Positions 25,075 to 40,283 are shown, counted from the first letter of the stretch. The stretch: 64,000 nt of DNA from Monocercomonoides exilis PA203 (GCA_001643675.2 LSRY02000061.1:372001-436000), one strand, 5' to 3'. Made by a program: numbers and translations. Notes: generated by a model from the sequence alone, not told the origin.

Positions 25075-26507
25075 ATGTCGAGCCAAACATTATCAACCGA
25101 AAATTTGCTATTGGCGCTCGGATTAAAAGATCTTCCATCTTCACCTGGAATAAGGGCTAAAATGATTTTTATTTTATCTCAGACAGGGCGAACTTTAAGA
25201 CTTTTGCTCACAGACAAATCTAAAGACAAATTTATCGATATGCTGCACAAAGATTTTGAAATGACTTCAGCATCTTCAACTCCTCTTTTGTCGATGCTAA
25301 CGGATGATGTTAGTATGTTGCTGGTTTTATTTTTTCTGAAATTTTATCGAATGCTTTCTTATTTTCAGAAAGCATGCCTTTTGAAACGGAGTCCGAGCTG
25401 CCAGATTGCTTGAAGCAACAAAAATTTGAAGAACCAAAAGAAAATCCAAAAAGAGATTTAAATGAATTTTTCAAACTTCTTCAAGAAAAGTCACGAAAAT
25501 TGAACGAGAATGGAGAAAATGAATCAAATACAGCAGTTGATTCAGAACAAACGAAAAAGTCAAAAGCTAAAAAGGAAAAGAAAAGCTATAAATCAGACAA
25601 ATCAGAAAACGAAAACTCCGATTCAGATTCAGATTCGGATTCGGATTCGGAATCTGATTCGGATTCAGATGAAGAAAAAGATTCAAGCTCAAGCTCCAGT
25701 TCGGATTCCGATGATGATAGTTCGAGCGGTTCATCTTCTTCTGATGATTCAAGTTCAGATTCAAAAACGAAAAAATCAGGAAAAGTTAAAAAAATGAAGC
25801 CCATGAAAAGTATGACCTATATCAAGAAAAATTGTATTTGACATGTACAATTGTTGTTTTGACTTTTCATTACATTTAATCTGAACTTTAGAACCAGCCT
25901 GTGGATTTGCCCCTGGGCATAGTTCATATGTTGTAATTAAAAAGAACTTGGCAACATGGCCAGGGACTTTGGGATGCATGGCGCTGGTGGACAAAGCAAT
26001 GAAGAAAGGCATATGGCATGTGGAATTTCAGATCAAAGGAGCCATCGGGATGGGATGGACTCCGCTTATTGGCCTTTGCAGCTATCCTTGGTCATTAGGA
26101 GTAGATTCCTGCTTTGGCGATTCCTCGTCTGTTGCATACTACACAGAAGGTTATATTCAAGCACCAGTAGACTCTTACAGAGGAAATGTTCCGTGGAGTT
26201 CAGTGAATCAGATGGGAATGGAAGTTGATACAAAGAAAAAGACACTTCTTTTCTTTGTCGACGGAAAGAGACAGCCTGTTTACTTTACAAATATTCCTGT
26301 TCCATGTCAATTTGGGGTGTGCAACAAACTTTGTTTTGACATTTCGACTATTTACAAAAATTGGTTTTATAATGCTATTTATTCTGTTTTTATGTTTAGA
26401 TTGGGATTGGTGATACTGGAGCTACAGCAAAGATTATTGTGATGAAGCAGATGAAGAGATCTTCTTTCAAGAAAGATAAAGCAGATAGACCTGTTATGTG
26501 GACATGA
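25075..26507 (+). CDS. Protein with an SD-rich linker and a C-terminal SPRY/B30.2-like domain
   Basis: Three GT-AG introns. The C-terminus GIWHVEFQI..WTPLIG...MGMEVDTKKKTLLFFVDGKRQPVYFTNIP matches the SPRY-like pattern. TGA at 26505-26507. Confidence 0.7.
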
Positions 26508-26809
26508 TTTTTCTCTAATTTATATGTATCACATTACAAATATTCCTGCTCATCTGTTATGAGTAGTTTACGAAAATAATTGATTATTTTAAAATAATAA
26601 TTTTTTTTTACAAATAATCGTTTCTTTTTCTTGTCATTGTGATTTCATATGTGCACTTATTTATTTTTTATAATTAGGTTGTATTTTTTATTTTTTGCAA
26701 ATTTATGTTTGAATTTTGTTGTCATCTCTTAAAAAAAAAAAATAAAAATGTGAACCTTTATAAAAATTTTGAAATTATTGAATTCAATAAAATACTGTGC
26801 TATCGGGGA

Positions 26810-27511
26810 ATGGCAACAACTAAGCAAGTCGATTATACCGATCTTCATCGTTTGTTGGGTAAAAAATTTGAAGATTCCATTGTAACATCTTTTTGTGGCA
26901 AACTTGGATCTTGTTTGATTTTTTAGTTGTGTATTTTAAAATTTGCAATTATCGGTAATTTCAAAGTCGAAGGTTATTTAATAATAATTAATAATTAAAA
27001 TAATTTCAATTTATGAATTATACGGGAAATTTTTCGACATAGAAAAAAGATATTCAAATAATGATTGTTTCAGAAATTTCAAACAAAATGGAATTTCAAT
27101 ATTTCTTGATGGGAAAACATCTAAAATTCAAACCATCTTTCTGTACAACGAAGGAAAGGATGGGTTTCAGAAATTTAAAGGTTTTTTCCTCATTTGCAAA
27201 TGATTTACTCGAATAATACTTTGTTTTCATACCTTTTTGAAGGCGAATTACCGCTCAACTTAACAATGAGCATGACAAGTTCTGATGTCGTTCGATTGTG
27301 TGCATTTTTTCTCAGTTCTTTGTACAATATTATTATTTTTATAAATTTTACTTTTAACAGACTTGGAGAGCCAGATAGAAAAGGTGGACCACCACTAATA
27401 GGAGTTTGGATTTCGTATGAATCAAAAGGGGTGCAAATTGAATTTAAAAATAAAACTTGGGAAGATAAATTAAATCCAATAGAGTTAATATCCATTTTTC
27501 TTCCTGAATAA
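26810..27511 (+). CDS. Small conserved-looking hypothetical protein (multi-exon)
   Basis: Spliced reading MATTKQVDY...IFLYNEGKDGFQKFKGELPLNLTMSM...LGEPDRKGGPPLIGVWISYESKGVQIEF...W.D..NPI, with canonical GT-AG introns. Confidence 0.65.
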
Positions 27512-27658
27512 AAGCAGAAAGAAAATTAAATAAAACTTTTTTTTTTTGTTCTTAATACCTTTTTTCATAAAATTGTTTGAAAGATGTATTTAAAATCATT
27601 TCATCCCACTTCGAAATTTCACATTTTTCCCATTGTTTTGTTTGTCTTTTGAAGAATA

Positions 27659-29069
27659 ATGAGCTCGTCACGCGGTTTGCAAATTAATAGATATGTTTCA
27701 ACATTTTTTTATCATTAAATTTTAAGAAAAATCAAAAGACGCATATGCAGACTTTTATGTATGCAAGATTTTGTTTTTATAGCATTAAAAATTGTTTTTT
27801 AACTATAATTCTTATAATTGACTGAAGGATCTTCTATCTGAATTAAAAGTTCGAGATTCAACTTCTTGGAGATCTTTCAAATCGCTTGCATCGCGTGATA
27901 AGCGATATCTTGGTATATATTTTATTTTTTTTAAATATTTGATTTTTAATACTATTTTTCATAAATATTTCGCAATAAGCAATTGATAATGATGAAACGC
28001 GACAAAAATTGTTTGACAGGTACATAGATAAAAAGTATGGCACGTACTCATCAAAACATTCATCTCGCCGTTCTTCTTCAAGAGAAAGAACTCATCGTAG
28101 AGAAATAAGTAGTGAAAATTCTGATAGAAGTGAATCAGAAACAAAAGATAAATACCAAGAGCGAGATGAAAAACGTAGAAAAGAGGAGAAACTTAAAGCA
28201 GAAGCACGAGAAAGATTTCGACTTTTGTTAGATGAAGTGATAACTGTGCCTTATTTAACTTTTGAAGAGGCTGTTGGATTTGAGGTTAAAGAAAAATCAG
28301 AAGAAGAAATTGTAGATAACTTCTCAAATTCCAAATCATCATCGGCTTCTTCTTCATCATCTACAACATCTGACGACACTTCAAAAGAGAATAGTTCAGT
28401 TCATTCATCAAATGATTCATCATCAACCACATCATCATCTTCTTCTTCGTTAATTAGCTCATATCTTTCAAAGCCTGTAAATCCACTTCTTGTTATCCCA
28501 GAAAGTTGGGCTGTTCGCAAGCGACTGACTGTTGAAGAAATGAAGGAGATATTCGAAGCAAAAATTACTTCTCTTCAGCACAAATCTGCAACAAAATGGA
28601 AGCAACTTCTTGATTCGGAGAGAAAGAAGATTGGCATTTCTAACGATTGGGTGCAGAAGTCGCAAGATCTGAGTGAAAAAGACGGTTATGATGACATTCC
28701 CTTTGAACATGTGAAGCGAGAGTTGCACTCGAAATGGGTTGACGAGACAATTAAGAACTCACTGAATGCATTGGATACATATCTGAGGACAAATAGGGAG
28801 TTTCAGCGAACCTTGCGGCTTCCTTATTCGACTGTTGATGATCTTAGACAATTATTAAGAGTTTGTTCATTTTTTATTGGGATTCATATAATTCAGCTCT
28901 TCTTCGCAAACAAAAATTCTCATTTGATGGACTTTTAAAATTATGAATTAACTTTTTTTAGAGAGAAGCATCATACAAAAGATTAAAGCATCTGAGAGAA
29001 GAAAGAGATGATTTAATTGTTAGATACATTTCAAGTATTAATCCAAAATTCAAACACTGGCCAATGTAA
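27659..29069 (+). CDS. FF-domain repeat protein (Prp40/TCERG1-like FF repeats)
   Basis: Splicing gives MSSSRDAYADFYDLLSELKVRDSTSWRSFKSLASRDKRYLAIDNDETRQKLFDRYI, a canonical FF repeat. Further repeats follow (ARERFRLLLDE..., ERDDLIVRYI). TAA at 29067-29069. Confidence 0.75.
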
Positions 29070-29239
29070 GCCAGGTTTTTGAATTTGTTAATTTTATGGA
29101 AAATAATTGATTTTCGTTTTCATTGTTGGATTTTGCGTTTTTTTGTTGTTTGAGTTAAGTTATCAGTTGTTTCACTTCAAACAAAAATATCCCTTAATTC
29201 TGAAATCTGTTTATCATTTAGTTTTTTCTTTTTGGATTT

Positions 29240-32200
29240 ATGGAAGAATCAATGGAACAATTGATTCTTTTTTGGGATCAATTGAAGGAAAAAATACCAG
29301 TTGTTGAAAGGCATGAAATTAAGCACTTGATTGGAGAAAGATTAATTGATGAAAATGAGGTTTAATATCCTTACCAATTATTGTTTTTAACTTAATATTT
29401 TCATAAAGAGTCTTTATAAAGAATTAATTGGATTACTAGAGATATCTGGAAAGTATGAAGAGTTTGTGGCACAAAAAGTTCAAACCCCTATTGAGCCAAA
29501 GCCAAGGTTTGATTTATCAAAAATATTTTGACTTTTAGAAATATCGCAAATGCAATTCATTTTATAGACCTATTTTTTCTAAAGAAAGAGATATTTTGGA
29601 GCAAGACATTTTACTATTTTTAAAGAGGATAAGTGCAGTTTGGATTAATATTAATTTTCATAATAATAAATTCAACTTTTTCAAAGCGATTCACTTCACG
29701 TTTTGAAGACAATATCGCTATTGAAGCACTTAGCAGCATCATATCTAAGCCACCTTTTCTTTCTTCTGACAAAAACTTGTTATCTTATTTGACTGCCAAT
29801 GAAGCAACAAATGTGCAAAGACCTTCAACTGCTTCTTCATTGCGGATGTCATCAACTTTCTCGCGCCCAAGCAGTGCACTTTCCCTCTCGGGTGGGATTC
29901 CATCAACACCTCGGTATTCAAGATGTTGTTGTTCTTTCACTTGATTTCATCAAATTACTTTTTTTTTTAAAATATATTCAAAATTTTGAAAATTTTCGAA
30001 GTGCTCCCACACCTCCATCACTCCCTCGTCAAGTCACTTTATCGTTTTTAACTCCAAAGCTTATCCATTCTCTAAAGGAAACATTTCAAAGCGAGAACAT
30101 GCTGCTAAAAGGAGAGATTGAGGAAATTAACGAGGCCATAATGATGAATACATCAGCTGAGATAGAAACGAAGCAGTTCGTAAAGAAAATGAAGGAGCTG
30201 AGCGATCTGGCAATGAAGCCACCGTCTTTGGAGTCACTGACGGGATTCAGAACGCGACTGAAAGAGTGGGAGAGGAAAGAGAAAGAGAAAGAGAAAGAGA
30301 GGGAGAAAAAAGAAGGGAGAGAAGCTGATGAAGAAGATGCTACAGGAAGTGATTGGATTCCAATGGCAACTCCAAAAATGAGAGCGATGTCGAAAGACGA
30401 ACAGAGAAGAAGAAGCTCATTTGGAGGAAGGCCAACATCGCCAATACTTCGTCAGAGCCTTGAAAAATCTTCTTTTCCTTCTTCTTCTTCCTCTTCTTCT
30501 GCAGCTTCTTCTGCTTCCACTTCATCTTTCGCATTTCCATCTCCATCTTCGCCAGCTAATCCAAACATCCCACAACTTCTTCACGCTCAAAATTCTTCTT
30601 CTTCTTCTTCTGCAAATTCCAATCTTCGCCCCGTTTCCCCTTCTTCTCCGCGTCTTCCTCCAATCAATGTGGAGAAAGCTGACTCTTCTTTTCTCTCTTC
30701 TTTGTCTTCTTCTGCTGCCTCTTCTCTTTCAATTCCTTCTCATTCGTCGCCTTCTGTTCGGCGTGCATCGCGTGGATCTTCGTTTTCTTCCACTTCATCT
30801 TCTCTTCTCAACACAACAACACTTTATTCATCTTCTCCTTCTGCTTCCTCCTCCTCTTCTTCTTCTTCTGCTTCTGCTTCTTCAACTTCTTCTTCACTTT
30901 CACTTCATCCTTCAAAAGTTCGTTCGCAAACACCTCCATCGAGACAGCCACATCACTCGCTGAACACTTCATCCCAATCAACACCTTCATCCATTCAATC
31001 ACAAAAGACTCAAAATTCCTCCTCCTCCTCCTCTTCTTCTTCTTCAGCGATTGTTCAGAGCCAGTTGTCTTCTTCTCACCACAACTCAGCAGTCAGAAGA
31101 GGCATCCACAGTGCAGATGAAGTTCTGTCTTCGTCAAATGACGCTCGTTCTGCCTCTCCAAAAAGACCAGCTTTTTCATCAGCTGCCATTTCACCCAAAA
31201 AGAAAAGTGTTCAAACAAACAGAAGTGTTCAGCCAATTATTCAGTCTGCTAAGCCTCTTTTGAGTCAGAAGGAGAAATCATCAGCAAGTTCATCATCATC
31301 ATCATCATTTTCTTCTTCTTCTTCTGCATCTGCTTCTTCTTCTTCTTCAAATGCTCAAACAATATCGCCACTTCAGTCTCTGATTGATCGTCTGTCGATT
31401 GTTGACTCATTTCAGACAGCTTCTGCTTCGAGTGTTGAGTTGAATGCTCCTCAAAATTATTCAAATTTACCTGAAAAGACAACAGAAACAGCTGAGCCAT
31501 CAAAAGAAGAGGGAAATTATAAATTGGATGATGAAGAAATAAATGAAGATGAATTAAGTGATGAGGAGGAAGATAATGAAGAAGAAGATGATGAAGAAGG
31601 AGAGGAAGGAAGAAGGAGAAGTGCAAAGGAAGGCGATCGCAATGAAGAAATGAATTTAACAAAAGATTCATCTCTTCGAGACAAAGAAGATAAAAAGCCT
31701 GCCATTCTAACACAGCACACTTCTTCATTGCAGCCATCACAATCAATTCATTCATCTGCTCATACAAATACTTCTCATTCAACATTAAATACATCCTCCT
31801 CCTCCTCCTCTTCTTCCTCTTCCTCTTCCTCTTCTTCTTCTTCCACCCGTTCCATTCCAGTCACTCCAAAGAAGCATCTTCTGCCATCCACTCCTCAGTC
31901 TCTCTCATCTGGCAGCACTTCCTTCGGCCGCCCTCGTCCCTCTCAAAACACACCTCATCCTTCTTCTCCTCATCAGCCAATCAAACACACAACACAGTCA
32001 CAAATGCCCCTCTCCACTCAAAAGGATGCACATTCAGACAATTCAGAGGTGCTGCCGATGTTGTGGGAAGACGACGAAAGAGTCGGGGCGCTTTTGGCGA
32101 AGGAAGGCGATGCTGAACGAGAGAAGGCGATGGAGGAAGAGTTGGATGTGCTGTTGATGACAGTCAGAGGAGATGGATTGAAGGAGAACGGGAAGGAGAG

Positions 32201-33398
32201 GAAGAAGGAGAGGAAAGAGAAAGAGGATGAAGAGGAGAAAGAAGAAGAGAAAGAGGAAGAAGCATTTCAAGAAAGTGATGATGATGCTGATGATGGTGGA
32301 AAAGAAGATGTAGATGAAGATGATCTGATTGGAATACATTTATTGAATGAGATAAAAATTGATAGCCAACAACAGAAATCTGTTTTTTATCCTTCTTCTG
32401 CAATGTCTTCTCTGCCTTTGTCTTCTTCTTCTTCAGAAACAACAACAACAACTTCTTCTTCTTCTTCATCTTTGTTATCTTCACCTTCTTCTGCACAATT
32501 GTATTCATTCCCTTCGTCTTCTGTTCTTTCTTCTTCTTCTTCTTCTTCTTCATTCAAAATCAACACACCAAATCAGCTGAAAAGTGGAATTCTGTTTGGT
32601 GCTGGTGTTCCTGCTTCACTTGCTTCTACAATTCGTCCTTCTTCTTCTTCCTCCTCGTTCTCTTCAACACTTCGTCCTTCCTCTTCTTCCTCCTCTTCCT
32701 CAAAGCAATCCAATTCAGTTCCAAAGTCCAGCTATTCTGCCAATCACACACGAAGAAGTGCTCCTTCAATGACACCTCGTCCACACACAACAGCTGTGAG
32801 CAGTCGGAACACAATCAACATTTTAGATGAAGAAGCAGCAGAAGAGCCAAAAAGAGCGAGAAACGAAGGAAGAGGAAGAGGAAGAAGAGCAAAAGAGGAA
32901 GAAGAAGAGAAAGGAGTGATGGAGATGGTGCTTGTGGATGGAATACAGAATGTGATATCAGATTATGAAGATGTGCTGAATGAAGAGGAAATGAGGAGGA
33001 GAGAAGAGGAGAGGAGGAGGAAGGAGAGGGAGGAAGACGATGATTATGCAAAGATGGCAGAAGATGATGCAATGGATGGTGATATTTCTGAAGATGATGT
33101 TAGTCAAATTAACAAAGAACAAAAACATAACAAGTCTGCAACAAACAAAAAAAAGCAAGCATCTGCAAATAAGCGTGTGAAAAGAGGAGGAAAGGAAAAA
33201 GAAGAGGAAGAGGAAGAGGAAGAAGAGATTATTAGAAGGACAGGCTCATATGAACATTTTAAGGATATTATGCATTTGAATCAGTTAAGCAGAAACCAAA
33301 AAACACAAAAGAATATTAAGGGTAAATATTTTGTGAAACCTGATGATGAAAAAGCTGTTAATGAAGAAGAAGATAGATTGAAATCGTTCTTTTCTTGA
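29240..33398 (+). CDS. CCDC24-like N-terminus followed by a long Ser-rich low-complexity region
   Basis: FWDQLKEKIPVVERHEIKHLIGERLIDEN and LKETFQSENMLLKGEI...PPSLESL resemble the CCDC24 family. Several short introns precede a final exon of about 3.4 kb. Confidence 0.55.
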
Positions 33399-33652
33399 AT
33401 GACTTTCAATAACTTATTGATTTGATGCGACTGACATTATGCTTTCCGAATTTGTATTTTCTTGAAATACATGTGAAAAAGGAAATTTTTGTCAATAATT
33501 ATTTTTATTTTTGCCTTTTAAAATATTTTCAGGTAAAGTTCAATGGCCAGTATGCTTTATTTCTTGTGCACTTGATTTTGTTTTCTTTATGAAATTTTCT
33601 TTTTTATTGAAATACAACATCAAAAATCCCCATAATTAAAAGCTGATTTTGT

Positions 33653-36248
33653 ATGGAAAGCATAAATGATATAACAAGCCCATACAGTGATGTATGCATA
33701 TTTTTAGAATGAACATCTCTAAGTTAATATAAAACTCATTTTTTACCAACATCAAATGTTTTTGATTTTTCTTTTTATCAATCCTTTCAGACAAATTTAT
33801 CTGAACGAATTAAGTTTTGCTGCAATTTGTTTTTATTGTTTTGAGTTAAGTTCTTATTGTTATATTGCTTTTAAAGCACGACTTTTACAGAAGATGATTC
33901 TCTGTCCCCTTTTCCAATTGCGTCAAATATGGCGTTTGTTTATTCTAATCTTTTTTGTTTTCTCTCCAGATATTTCAAATTCATAAAGAACTTCATCAAT
34001 TGAGACACAAAATGCTGATGTTCAAAAGAAAATGTATGCTATTTTGTGGGAAAAGCACATGAAAAGACAGGAAAATGATGAAAAAGAAATTAAAATGGAG
34101 CAAGAATTAAAAAGAAGGCAAATCCAACGACAAAAACGAAGCATGAAACGTTTTGATAGTGTGCTGTATCGCTGCGACCATTATGCAAAAGTTCCAACAT
34201 CAAGAAGCGTCAATTTTCTTTCAAATTCTATTTCCATCATGCCAAATGATTTTTCGCATTCTTTGTATGAAAGAAAATCTTCAGAAGCTGATCTGTCGAA
34301 AGACGCTCCATATAGCTTATCTTTTACAAATTTACCTTTCGATTTTCAAGAAAATCATCCTTTCGGTTCTCAAACAAGTAGATCTTTCACTCGTGATAAG
34401 CAATCAAGAAATTCCATAACATCAAGATCTTACACTTTTGATCATTCAAAAAGCATTGATAACGATTTTGATTTTAGTCGTTCAAACTCTGTGCAATACG
34501 GATCAGTTCCGCGTTTGGATAATATGAACTTTTTCAATGAGCAATCAAGAAACTTGAATTTTTCTCCAATGACACTTTCGAGACAAGGAACAACAGAAGA
34601 TTTAACTTCAAGTCGATTATATATCAACCCTTTGGCAGAACACACTCGGCCGCCATTTTTTGTGAAGAAAAGAGTTGGAGAGATGGAAAGGACATTGTCT
34701 GTGAGGATGAATGAAGAAGCAGAGAAGAAAGGGAAAGTGTTTGAGAGGGATGTGAAAGAGCAGATTAAAGAAGAGGAGAAAGAGGAAGAGGAGCTGAGGA
34801 AAGAATGGGTGGCTCGCATGAGGAGAAATGAAAGAGAGAGAAATTTTGGTATGCAGAGAAATGCTGTTTTTGACGAATGATGGCAAAGAAATGTTGAAAT
34901 AGTAATCATTTGTGGCAACGTTTCAGCTTCACAAAGTTTTTGTTTTTCGTCTGTAATTTTATTATCATTTTTCCTCTTCACATTTTATTTGGAATTTCAA
35001 TGTTTAATTATTCTGCTTTCTTTTCATTTCAATTTTTATCTTCTTTTCATCATTTTTACTAGCTCGACGATCTCTTAGTTTGCAGCGATCTTTATTAATA
35101 GGAGAACCATTTGCACAGAAAAAGGCAAAGAAGATGGCAGAGAAAGCTCATTTGTGTGACTCATCTGCCAATTGCACTGTTGCAACTTCTGCTTCCTCTC
35201 CATTTTCTTCTTCTTCCATTCAAAGCATTTCATCGACGAATCATTTTTCTCCGTCTTTGAGATCTTCATTCACGTCTTCTATTCCTTGTATCTCGCAAGC
35301 AAGCAGAACGAGTTGTTTTGCTTCTGCTTCTTCCTTCCCGTCTCGTTCATCTCCTTCGACATCTGCACCATCCGCATCATCTTCATTATCTTCATTATCT
35401 TCTATTTCTTCTATTTCTTCTGCTGCGATGACTCCAAGTTCAAACAGTATTTATTCCATCTCCCCTGTTTTCTATCCACCAACTTCAAAAGCAAAGCATT
35501 TGAGTGAAAGATGTGACACTTCTGCAGCTGATAGACAGCCTTTCATTGGCAAGCATTTCACAGCCAAAACTGCTTTACGTCCATTCAGTGCTCCTCGTGC
35601 CATCAGATATGCTTCTTCCTCTTCTATTTCTTCTTCTTCCTCCTCCTCTTCTTCTCCAACAGCACATTCTTCTTCATCATCTGAGTTGCCTGAACATTCT
35701 AACTGCCTTTCTGCATCGCCTACAACACCCCCTTCGTTCCCGTTTGTGTCTGTGCTGCCGCCTCAGAAGGCTGTTTGTGGTCGGCCTGGCTCATTCACAG
35801 AAAGGCCAATGCCACGCAATTACTGCCACAGGGCGTCTCAGCATCCAACTGTAATGGCTCAGCCTTGTTCGAATGAAGGAGATAGGTGCATCGGAGCTCC
35901 GATGCTTCCAGCCACTTCAGATGCAACTTGTCAAAACAGAAGGCAGATGAATATCCAATCTGATGATTGCATTGCGAATTCTTCTTCGGCCAAGTCACTT
36001 TTTGATGTTATGAAACTCAGAATGCTTTCTGAATGTGGGAAAACGTTTGCGATTTTTTGAAAGATTGTTTTGCTTTTCTAATTTTTAACAATGGATGTCA
36101 TTTTTGTCTCATTTTTGAATATTTTAGTCCTGTTTGCCCATATTCATCAGAAGCAGGAGCAGAAATTAGAAAGAACTGTAGAAGTTATCGGCCTTCTCCA
36201 AAACTTTATGGACTTGTCAATTCTGATAAGCATTACAGAGAAGAGTAA
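33653..36248 (+). CDS. Hypothetical multi-exon protein (coiled-coil and Ser-rich)
   Basis: ORFs 34032-34880, 35080-36060 and a terminal exon to 36248 are separated by AT-rich GT-AG introns. The start is uncertain. Confidence 0.55.
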
Positions 36249-37021
36249 CATTACAATAAATGTCATTTCCTATTCGATATATTTATATTTGATTTCAACT
36301 ATCTACTCTTTTCAATTTGGTTTTCTTTATTAATTGTCATTTTATCAGAAATTATCTATTTATTTTCTTTCTTTCTTTTATTAAAGCTTTTTAAATTGAT
36401 TTTTATTTATATTGTCATCTTATTTATATGTATAATGTTTTTTTATTTTTTGAACGGATAAATTTTCATCAAATTTTCTTTCTTTTCAGGAAAGATTTTT
36501 AAAATCAAAAATGGTTATGCTATATATAGTGGTAATAAATTAATGAATATTTGATTTCAATTCTTTATTTTATTGAAATAAATCATTTATATCGAAGAGT
36601 TAGAAAAAATATGTTATTTTTGAATTCATCTTAGGATTAAAAACACGATTTAGTGTTTTCTCTCAAAACAAAAATGAAATCAAATGCACCCCAAATAACG
36701 AGAATAACTTTGGATTTCAAACAATTTCCATCAGCATCACTGCAATTTTTTTTTTTTTATGTTTATGAGAAAAAAATAATTGATTGTTCAAAAAAATGTT
36801 TTTTATTTCAATAAACATCGAATTAATAAAAACAATTTTTTTAAAAAATTGAACAATAAAAATTGATTAACAACATGTGACTGTCTGATTCGATTCTCCT
36901 CATAAAACAGTTTTTTTCTTTTTAATAAAGAATTATAATTCAATATTTATCGAGCAAAAAATTGTTTTCTATTTCTTTAGTTTTTCAGTTAACAATTTTT
37001 CTCATTTTTTGATCTCTTCAA

Positions 37022-39533
37022 ATGGAAGCATGGACAAAAAATAAAATATCTCGTGAATGATTTGATAAATGAAAACCGATCAGTGAACCATAAACTTTAT
37101 ATTATTAAATTTTTTGTTGTGTCTCTGAATTCAATGCAAGTGGAAAACGGAGAAAGTGTTTGAGGTTATTTTTCAGCATAGAATTAACGAAAATCCTTGT
37201 GTTGAACCTTGAACGATTGTTTTTAAAAAATTATCGAAAATAATGTTTTATTTTTTGGTTTTTCTGAAGTACTCAGATGTAAATCAATCCATACAAAAAT
37301 TACCTCATGTACTACCTCAAGAACAGCACGACATACTCGACGAACTTGGGACAATTGCTTGGGAAGGTTTGAATTTATGAATAGATGTATTTCTTCTTCA
37401 TATTTGTAAAAGACATTGGAAGCAATGAAAGTCATTTAAATAATTTAACATTAATTCGATATATTTTGGAATCTTTGGCGACTTCTCAGGATGAATCGAT
37501 AAAGGTTGGCTTTTTTAATTATTTTTTAAAAATTTCTTAAAAATGCTTTTTTGAAATTTGAAAAGGTGAAAACTTCAATTCTGCTCATATTAATAGGTTA
37601 TTCTTTGAGTAAAGATCGACCTTTGTTTCTTGCTCAAACAGTTTTTCCTTCTGTACAAGATTTCATTTTGGTGTGAATAATTTTGTTCGTTTTAAAATTA
37701 ACTAATTTCAATGAAACAGTCTTCTGATTCCGATATTTCTCGTGAGACAATTAAAGGGTTCAGGTATGCAGATTTTAATAAAATGATAAGACCTAATTTA
37801 TTATTGTTATTAAAATTCTTAGACATTTAATGGAAGCAACAATTCCGAAAAAACAACAAACACTTCATTCATTTGAAAAAACAGTTGATGAACATCCAAA
37901 ATCAACGACTTTTCAAGAAGAAAAAGATGAACCGATAACTAATGATAAATCATATTCGCTTCTTTTCAATCGACCAATTAAAGCAACTATCGAATATGTA
38001 TCTAATGTGCTGAAGTCTTCTACATCCCCTGATGATCTCAAGCTTGAAGCACTTGAACTGATTTCATCTCTTATCAAAAATGATGTACCACCGAAAGTGT
38101 TGAGTTATCTTGAAGTTTTGGTCGAGGGATTAACTAAGAATTCCGACGAGAGTGAAGAAGTCCAAGTTAAGGCAATTTGGATTTTGATGATCCGTTTTAA
38201 GAGGAAAATTTCTGTGAAAGAGAAAAATTGCATGACCGGAACCTGCCGTAATATTGTAACCCAAATGGAAACCAACGACAAATCAAAGGAACTGGAAAGG
38301 AAAAGCAAGACGAACGATGCACAATTAAATAAGCCAAAGAGTTTCCATCATCAATTGCTTCCTGTTCATCGAAACAGCCCTCAGTCAACAAAATCCCTTA
38401 CAAAATTTTCATCTCCAACAACACGCACGTCTGGTCAATCCGTCAAGTCTTTTGCATATTTCAGTCCTTCTGGAGCAATTTCACCTTCTTTTATTCCTTT
38501 TTCACCAGACAGTACCCAATCACAACCATCTTCGCATCTTCTTCCGGGTGCATTGCCTCCTCCTCCTCCTCCACCTTTACTGCATATTAATCATCATCAT
38601 CATCATCAATCTTCTGATCTGACTACAAAAACTTACCAACACGAAACAAGCTCAATTCCACCAGCAAATACTTCTAAGCAGAGTGCTGTATCAGGCAAAT
38701 CATCATCTATTTCCCCTCCTTTATCAGCTGAGCCTTCAGCTGCTGTTTTTCATATTCGCAATGAGATAAAAGAGAAATCTGGTGAAAGTGCATCATCTGA
38801 AACAAAAGCCAGAACAGAGTCATTTTACGCTTTTCCTGTTATTACTCCTTCTGGCCAAGTATCTACTTTTTTTAATAATCATGCGCTTCCTCAAAGTGAA
38901 AGCGGTTCAGTGAGCAAGCCTTTTTTCCACATCTCCCCGCCGCCTCGTATGTCATCTGATGCTTCAGCTCAGCCGGTTTGTGGAAAAGAAAAAACAACTA
39001 AGCTGGACTCTCCTCCATGTGAGGCTGATGGTTTTGTTGAAGTTGACAAGTTGCTTTCCAATCTTAGTAAAAAGGAGAGCCAAAGCTCGCACAGTCCCAG
39101 TGACACTCCACGGAGTACGTTTGAGCTATCGAAGCATATGCCAGATGAAAAAAAGAAACAAGAAGAGAAACTTCTAATCGACACTGTTCCTGAAAGCCCA
39201 TTTTTGGAGCTTCCAGAAAATGCCTTAATCGCAACGTCTGAAAATGAGATACCTGAGGATGTTTTGAAAGAATATATGGAAGAAAAACAAAGAAATGAGT
39301 TAGACCATATTTTTGCACTGAAACTTGGTATCATAACGAATGGAAAATGCGAGCTATGCGGATTGAGTGTACCGACTAACAAAGTGAATGAACATATTCA
39401 GCTGCATTCAGAATTTGAAGAATATGATGAGTCACGTGTGCAATGTCCAGTTTGCGATCGAACTGTGTTGAAATCAGAGTTTGAAAAGCATTCTCATTTT
39501 CACAAATTGCAGGATAAAAGCATAGATTTATGA
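37022..39533 (+). CDS. Hypothetical protein with a helical N-terminus and two C-terminal C2H2/UBZ-like zinc fingers
   Basis: Several short 5' exons, then ORF 37830-39533 ending in CELC..EHIQLH and CPVC..KHSHFH. The start is uncertain. Confidence 0.6.
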
Positions 39534-40283
39534 GTGCAATAAAATCAAGCATTATTTACGGAGTGATTTACAAACCCAATTTTTTATTTTAGAAAATCCG
39601 AACAAGGAATTAAATGAATTATGTTTGTGGAATTCATGTAAATTTTATTTTTTTAGACATATTATTTATAAACATTATCACCAAGATATCGTTTCACTAT
39701 TTTTTCCAAATATTTTTCTGACAGTCTGTCCCAAAAAAATGTTGATCTGTCCTTTTTTAATGTTGAGCATCCAGCAATAAATAAAAAATAAATTTCCCAC
39801 ATTCGCCTTTCGTCATAATTAGCATTATCACAACATGGAAAATATTCAACTGTTGGATGCTAGAACAGTCGAAAAGAAAAAGAAAATAATAGAATCAGTT
39901 CCAAGATCCTTCAAATTCAGAGTTAGTGCAGTTTCTTTACCTGCTGTTCATCCTTTTGAAGAACGTATTCATCAAACAATAAAAACGAGAGCAGCAATGA
40001 GAGCAGAGGAAGAATGACGAAAGAAAATTGAAGATCTTAGAAATGTTGGAATTTTTGAGAATCGAAAAACGAAAAATCCTCATGCTAATGCAACTGATGT
40101 GAAAAGAAAAAAATTATCTAATTTTTTTACAAATCCATGGTCAGGAGAAGAGCGAAACATGGAATGCTAATGAATGCACATTAACAACAATTGCTACAGC
40201 CAGGTCCTTGTCGAAATTGAAGGCGGGAATTGACATTACTCTTCCATTGCATCAAAAAGGAAGAAAGAAAAAGGTCGAGTATG

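Noticed and set aside
16165-39533. Alternative genetic code (TAA/TAG = Gln, as in some oxymonads) to explain in-frame stops
   Set aside because: Multi-kb ORFs contain no in-frame TAR, and genes end in TAA, TAG and TGA. The stops in flanking genes are accompanied by frameshifts, so they are pseudogenes.
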